Of a stretch of DNA of 62,892 nucleotides, positions 59,399 through 62,892 are shown one piece after another. Location: positions 1-62,892 of the forward strand of contig CAZLEX010000005.1 of NCBI GenBank assembly GCA_964558655.1, read 5' to 3'. The notes beneath the pieces are model-generated. The model was given only the letters and a program-made list of their open reading frames with translations, ran no database searches and was not told the origin of the DNA. Made by a program: the position numbers and the translations under genes. This DNA comes from an uncultured Oscillospiraceae bacterium (GTDB lineage Bacteria > Bacillota > Clostridia > Oscillospirales > SIG627). Every line of letters starts with the position of its first letter. Within the stretch, counting starts at the first letter, position 1.

Positions 59399-60103
59399 TC
59401 AGTTGACTGCGTCGCAATGCTTTTTTTCAATGTCAAGTCTTACAAAAACTACGGCTAAAGCCGTGTAAAGCAGTGCCGATGAAACAATATCTATTACAGA
59501 CGGGAATATCGACATACCGAAATTCATCATCAATGCGGCGATAATTTTGGCAATCATAAATTCGGCAATAATAACAAATGCTTCCTTTTTGTGCCCTTTC
59601 ATCAGCTCTCTGCTTTTTGACAAAGCTTGAAAAACACTCATTTCGGGATTTACCGCAATATAAAACGGAGCCATACAAAAAGCGAGATACACAGGAAAAA
59701 ATCCCGCAAATATGCCAATGCACGACAAAAGAGAAAACAATATAACTGAAAATGCCCCCTTTATCATCGAACCTATATTTTCGGTTCCGGAAAAATATAC
59801 TTTGACAGAACATTTTTTATTCGACGGGGTTCCCGAAAGAATTAAAAAATACCTCATTGCACAGTATTGAAAAGGAGTGTTTAAAACAATAGACGCCAAA
59901 TATACCGCACAAAAAGCAATACTTTGCCCGACGGTAACGGAAAACGAGGCCATATCCTGCATGGATTTTATCAAGGGAGAAACCATAACAGTCAAAACCA
60001 GCGTCGGAAAAAGAGATGTTAAAATCATTATCAGTATGCAAGACGCCATATGAGTATAAACCGCATATTTTGCCTGTTGCTTTATCTGAGTTCTCGAAAG
60101 CAT
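59399..60103 (-). CDS. DUF975 family membrane protein
   Basis: R..IK..AK N-terminus, MAPFYIA.NP..S...ALSKSRELMKGHK. Confidence 0.8.
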   Translation of the reverse strand: MLSRTQIKQQAKYAVYTHMASCILIMILTSLFPTLVLTVMVSPLIKSMQDMASFSVTVGQSIAFCAVYLASIVLNTPFQYCAMRYFLILSGTPSNKKCSVKVYFSGTENIGSMIKGAFSVILFSLLSCIGIFAGFFPVYLAFCMAPFYIAVNPEMSVFQALSKSRELMKGHKKEAFVIIAEFMIAKIIAALMMNFGMSIFPSVIDIVSSALLYTALAVVFVRLDIEKKHCDAVN

Positions 60104-60243
60104 ACAAAAACCTCCGCAATAATCGCTTTAAATCAAAAGACAGTTTATCATCAAAATATTTCTACTTTGTGAATTTTCGAATATTTATTGTATTTTTTAA
60201 AAAAACATGATAAAATACACTCAACATAAATCGGAGGATAAGT

Positions 60244-62388
60244 ATGGATTTTGTAAAAGTAATAGCGGAAGAATTCAAAATAAAAGAAGTTCACGCACAA
60301 AATACGGTAAATCTTTTGGAAAACGACAATACCGTGCCTTTTATTGCCCGTTACAGAAAGGAAATGACGGGAGCGTTGGACGATCAGGTTCTCAGAGAAA
60401 TTTCCGAAAGACTTAATTATTTAAAGAATCTCGAAAAGAGAAAAGAAGAAGTCATTTCTTCGATAGAAGAACAGGAAAAGATGACTGATTCACTGCGTGA
60501 AAAAATCGAAAACGCCGTAACATTGACGGAAGTCGAAGATATATACCGTCCCTACAAGCCGAAAAGAAAAACAAGAGCTTCAATTGCGAGGGAAAAAGGC
60601 CTCGAACCTCTCGCAGACTTAATTTTTGCCCAGCAGATTACATCGGGAATTCCAGAAGATTATGCACTTGAATATTTGAACGAGGAAAAAGGTGTAGCCG
60701 ATATACAAAGTGCGATATCCGGTGCACTTGACATAATTGCAGAAAACATTTCGGATTCCGCCGAATTCCGTACAGAACTCAGGCGGTTGATTTTCGAATA
60801 CGGCCAAATAGAGACGAAAGCGGCAAAAGACGAAGATTCCGTTTATACCATGTATTATGACAGAAGCGAAGCCGTATCGAAAATTCCTTCACACAGAATG
60901 TTGGCAATCAACAGAGGAGAGAAAGAGGACTTTCTCAAAGTCGGAATTGTTACCGACGAATATATTACCAAAAATTATCTTTACAACAGAATATTGATTC
61001 CGGGAAGTATTTTTACGCCTTTGGTAAAAGAAGCAATTGACGACTCTTATTCAAGGCTGCTCTTCCCGTCTGTTGAACGGGAAATCCGTTCAATGATATT
61101 CGAAGATGCCTGCGAAAAAGCAATCACGGTTTTTGAAGATAATCTGGAAAATCTCCTGCTGTGTGCTCCGATTAAGGGAAAAACCGTTATCGGATTTGAT
61201 CCCGGATACAGAACGGGCTGTAAATTGGCAGTGGTTGACAAAACGGGAAAAGTCCTTGACACCGCCGTAATATATCCCACAAAACCGCAGGAAAAAACAA
61301 AAGAAAGCGAAAAAACACTTCTGGCACTCATATCGAAATACAACGCCGATATTATCTCAATAGGCAACGGAACGGCTTCGAAAGAAAGCGAAATATTCGT
61401 ATCCGAAATGATAAAAAAACATTCTCTTTCCGTAAAATACATAATTACTTCGGAGGCAGGAGCTTCGGTTTATTCGGCGTCTCCTCTTGCAGCAAAAGAA
61501 TTTCCCGATTTTGATGTAACGCAAAGAAGTGCTGTTTCGATAGCCAGAAGAATACAGGATCCGCTCGCCGAACTTGTAAAAATAGAGCCCCGTGCGATAG
61601 GCGTCGGACAGTATCAGCACGACATGAAACCCGCAAGACTTGACGAAGCTTTGGGTGGTGTCGTCGAAAGTTGCGTAAACAGAGTGGGTGTAAATCTTAA
61701 CACAGCATCGTTTGCACTGTTATCCTATGTTTCCGGAATCAATGCCGCAAGTGCGAAAAACATTGTGAAATACCGCGAAGAAAACGGTGAATTCAAAACA
61801 GTGGAAGCAGTAAAGAAAGTACCGCGTATAGGGGACAAAGCTTTTGAGCAGTGTGCGGGATTTTTAAGAATCGCAGACGGGGACGAGCCTTTGGACAACA
61901 CAGGTGTACACCCGGAATCTTACGAAGCCGCAAGAAATCTTCTGAAAAAAGCGGGATATGAAATCTCGGAAATAGGAACAAAAGGATTTCCCAATCTTGA
62001 AAAAGAGCTCATAACATTTGACAAAGACGAATTGGCAAAGCAACTCGGCATAGGCGTTCCGACGCTGAACGACATAATCAAAGAACTTGAAAAACCCGGT
62101 CTTGATTTAAGAGATGATTTTGAAGAACCGATTTTACTTTCCGAACTTCTTGACATATCTGACCTTCGGGAAGGAATGATTCTGACCGGGACGGTAAGAA
62201 ATGTTTGCGATTTCGGAGCGTTTATAGACATAGGAGTCCACCAGGACGGTCTTGTACACATTTCGGAAATCTCGGATAAATACATAAAGCACCCATCGGA
62301 AATTTTATCGATAGGCGATATCGTAAAAGTCAAAATTCTCTCTGCCGATCCGGGCAAAAAAAGAATTTCGCTTTCAATGAAATTGTAA
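60244..62388 (+). CDS. tex: Tex transcription accessory protein
   Basis: TVPFIARYRKE, DPGYRTGCK, EAGASVYSAS, IGVGQYQHD, C-terminal S1 domain. Confidence 0.95.
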   Translation: MDFVKVIAEEFKIKEVHAQNTVNLLENDNTVPFIARYRKEMTGALDDQVLREISERLNYLKNLEKRKEEVISSIEEQEKMTDSLREKIENAVTLTEVEDIYRPYKPKRKTRASIAREKGLEPLADLIFAQQITSGIPEDYALEYLNEEKGVADIQSAISGALDIIAENISDSAEFRTELRRLIFEYGQIETKAAKDEDSVYTMYYDRSEAVSKIPSHRMLAINRGEKEDFLKVGIVTDEYITKNYLYNRILIPGSIFTPLVKEAIDDSYSRLLFPSVEREIRSMIFEDACEKAITVFEDNLENLLLCAPIKGKTVIGFDPGYRTGCKLAVVDKTGKVLDTAVIYPTKPQEKTKESEKTLLALISKYNADIISIGNGTASKESEIFVSEMIKKHSLSVKYIITSEAGASVYSASPLAAKEFPDFDVTQRSAVSIARRIQDPLAELVKIEPRAIGVGQYQHDMKPARLDEALGGVVESCVNRVGVNLNTASFALLSYVSGINAASAKNIVKYREENGEFKTVEAVKKVPRIGDKAFEQCAGFLRIADGDEPLDNTGVHPESYEAARNLLKKAGYEISEIGTKGFPNLEKELITFDKDELAKQLGIGVPTLNDIIKELEKPGLDLRDDFEEPILLSELLDISDLREGMILTGTVRNVCDFGAFIDIGVHQDGLVHISEISDKYIKHPSEILSIGDIVKVKILSADPGKKRISLSMKL

Positions 62389-62590
62389 TTTTTCAAAATT
62401 CCCGTCTCTATTTTCAGTGGGTTTTGAGCACTGTTTGTTCAAAAATTGTGCAATATTTACATATATGAGACTGAAATTTTGGAAAATAAACATCTTTTAT
62501 ATTTTTCGTTTTTCTGTTATCATTATATAGTCAAAGTAATATGCTCGGCGTCGGGTGCCCGATAGTCGTAATTTCATAGGAGGTTATTTA

Positions 62591-62892
62591 ATGGCAAGTG
62601 TATCACTGAAACACATATACAAGAAGTATCCGGGCGGAGTTACCGCTGTTTCGGATTTCTGTCTTGAAATCAAAGACAAAGAATTTATCATTCTCGTAGG
62701 TCCTTCCGGTTGCGGTAAATCAACAACGCTTCGTATGATTGCCGGACTTGAAGAAATTTCGGAAGGCGAACTTTTTATCGGTGACAAGATTGTCAACGAT
62801 GTTGCTCCCAAAGACAGAGACATTGCGATGGTTTTCCAAAACTACGCACTTTATCCGCATATGACGGTTTACGAAAACATGGCTTTCGGTCT
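62591..62892 (+). CDS. Sugar ABC transporter ATPase (MsmX/MalK-like), 5' part
   Basis: Manual translation [11 protein letters not shown]...[18 protein letters not shown]...[13 protein letters not shown]; runs off window. Confidence 0.92.
   Translation, partial: MASVSLKHIYKKYPGGVTAVSDFCLEIKDKEFIILVGPSGCGKSTTLRMIAGLEEISEGELFIGDKIVNDVAPKDRDIAMVFQNYALYPHMTVYENMAFG

Noticed and set aside
1-62892. CRISPR array, rRNA, IS transposase
   Set aside because: No regularly spaced repeats, rRNA-like sequence or transposase motifs were seen.

Overview
Core-chromosome window from a low-GC, spore-forming Clostridia (Oscillospirales/Ruminococcaceae-like) genome. Left to right: S10-spc ribosomal protein operon with its S10 leader, mgsA, pgm, a 6S RNA, pflBA under a ZTP riboswitch, a MarR-MATE operon, tRNA-Lys, a fermentative redox block (rex-adhE-kinase-two 2Fe-2S proteins-HydS/HfsB-phosphatase-group B [FeFe] hydrogenase; adhA-nfnAB; LysR), CIRCE-controlled hsp20, ilvE, spo0A, an HTH-fused serine dehydratase, ung, the hprK-glcK-murB-whiA-dnaE-pbp1A-tadA operon, tex and a partial sugar ABC ATPase. 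The most striking element is at 36512-37755. A tyrosine recombinase gene lies inside a segment bounded by perfect 25-bp inverted repeats, each a dyad with a 7-bp asymmetric core. The segment also carries a perfect TTGACA-17-TATAAT promoter that currently points away from an adjacent tetR-sipW-(TasA-like substrate) operon. This reads as a candidate self-inverting phase-variation switch for a SipW-processed fibre/biofilm system, assembled here in the predicted OFF orientation. All family calls come from recognising motifs by eye; no searches were run.
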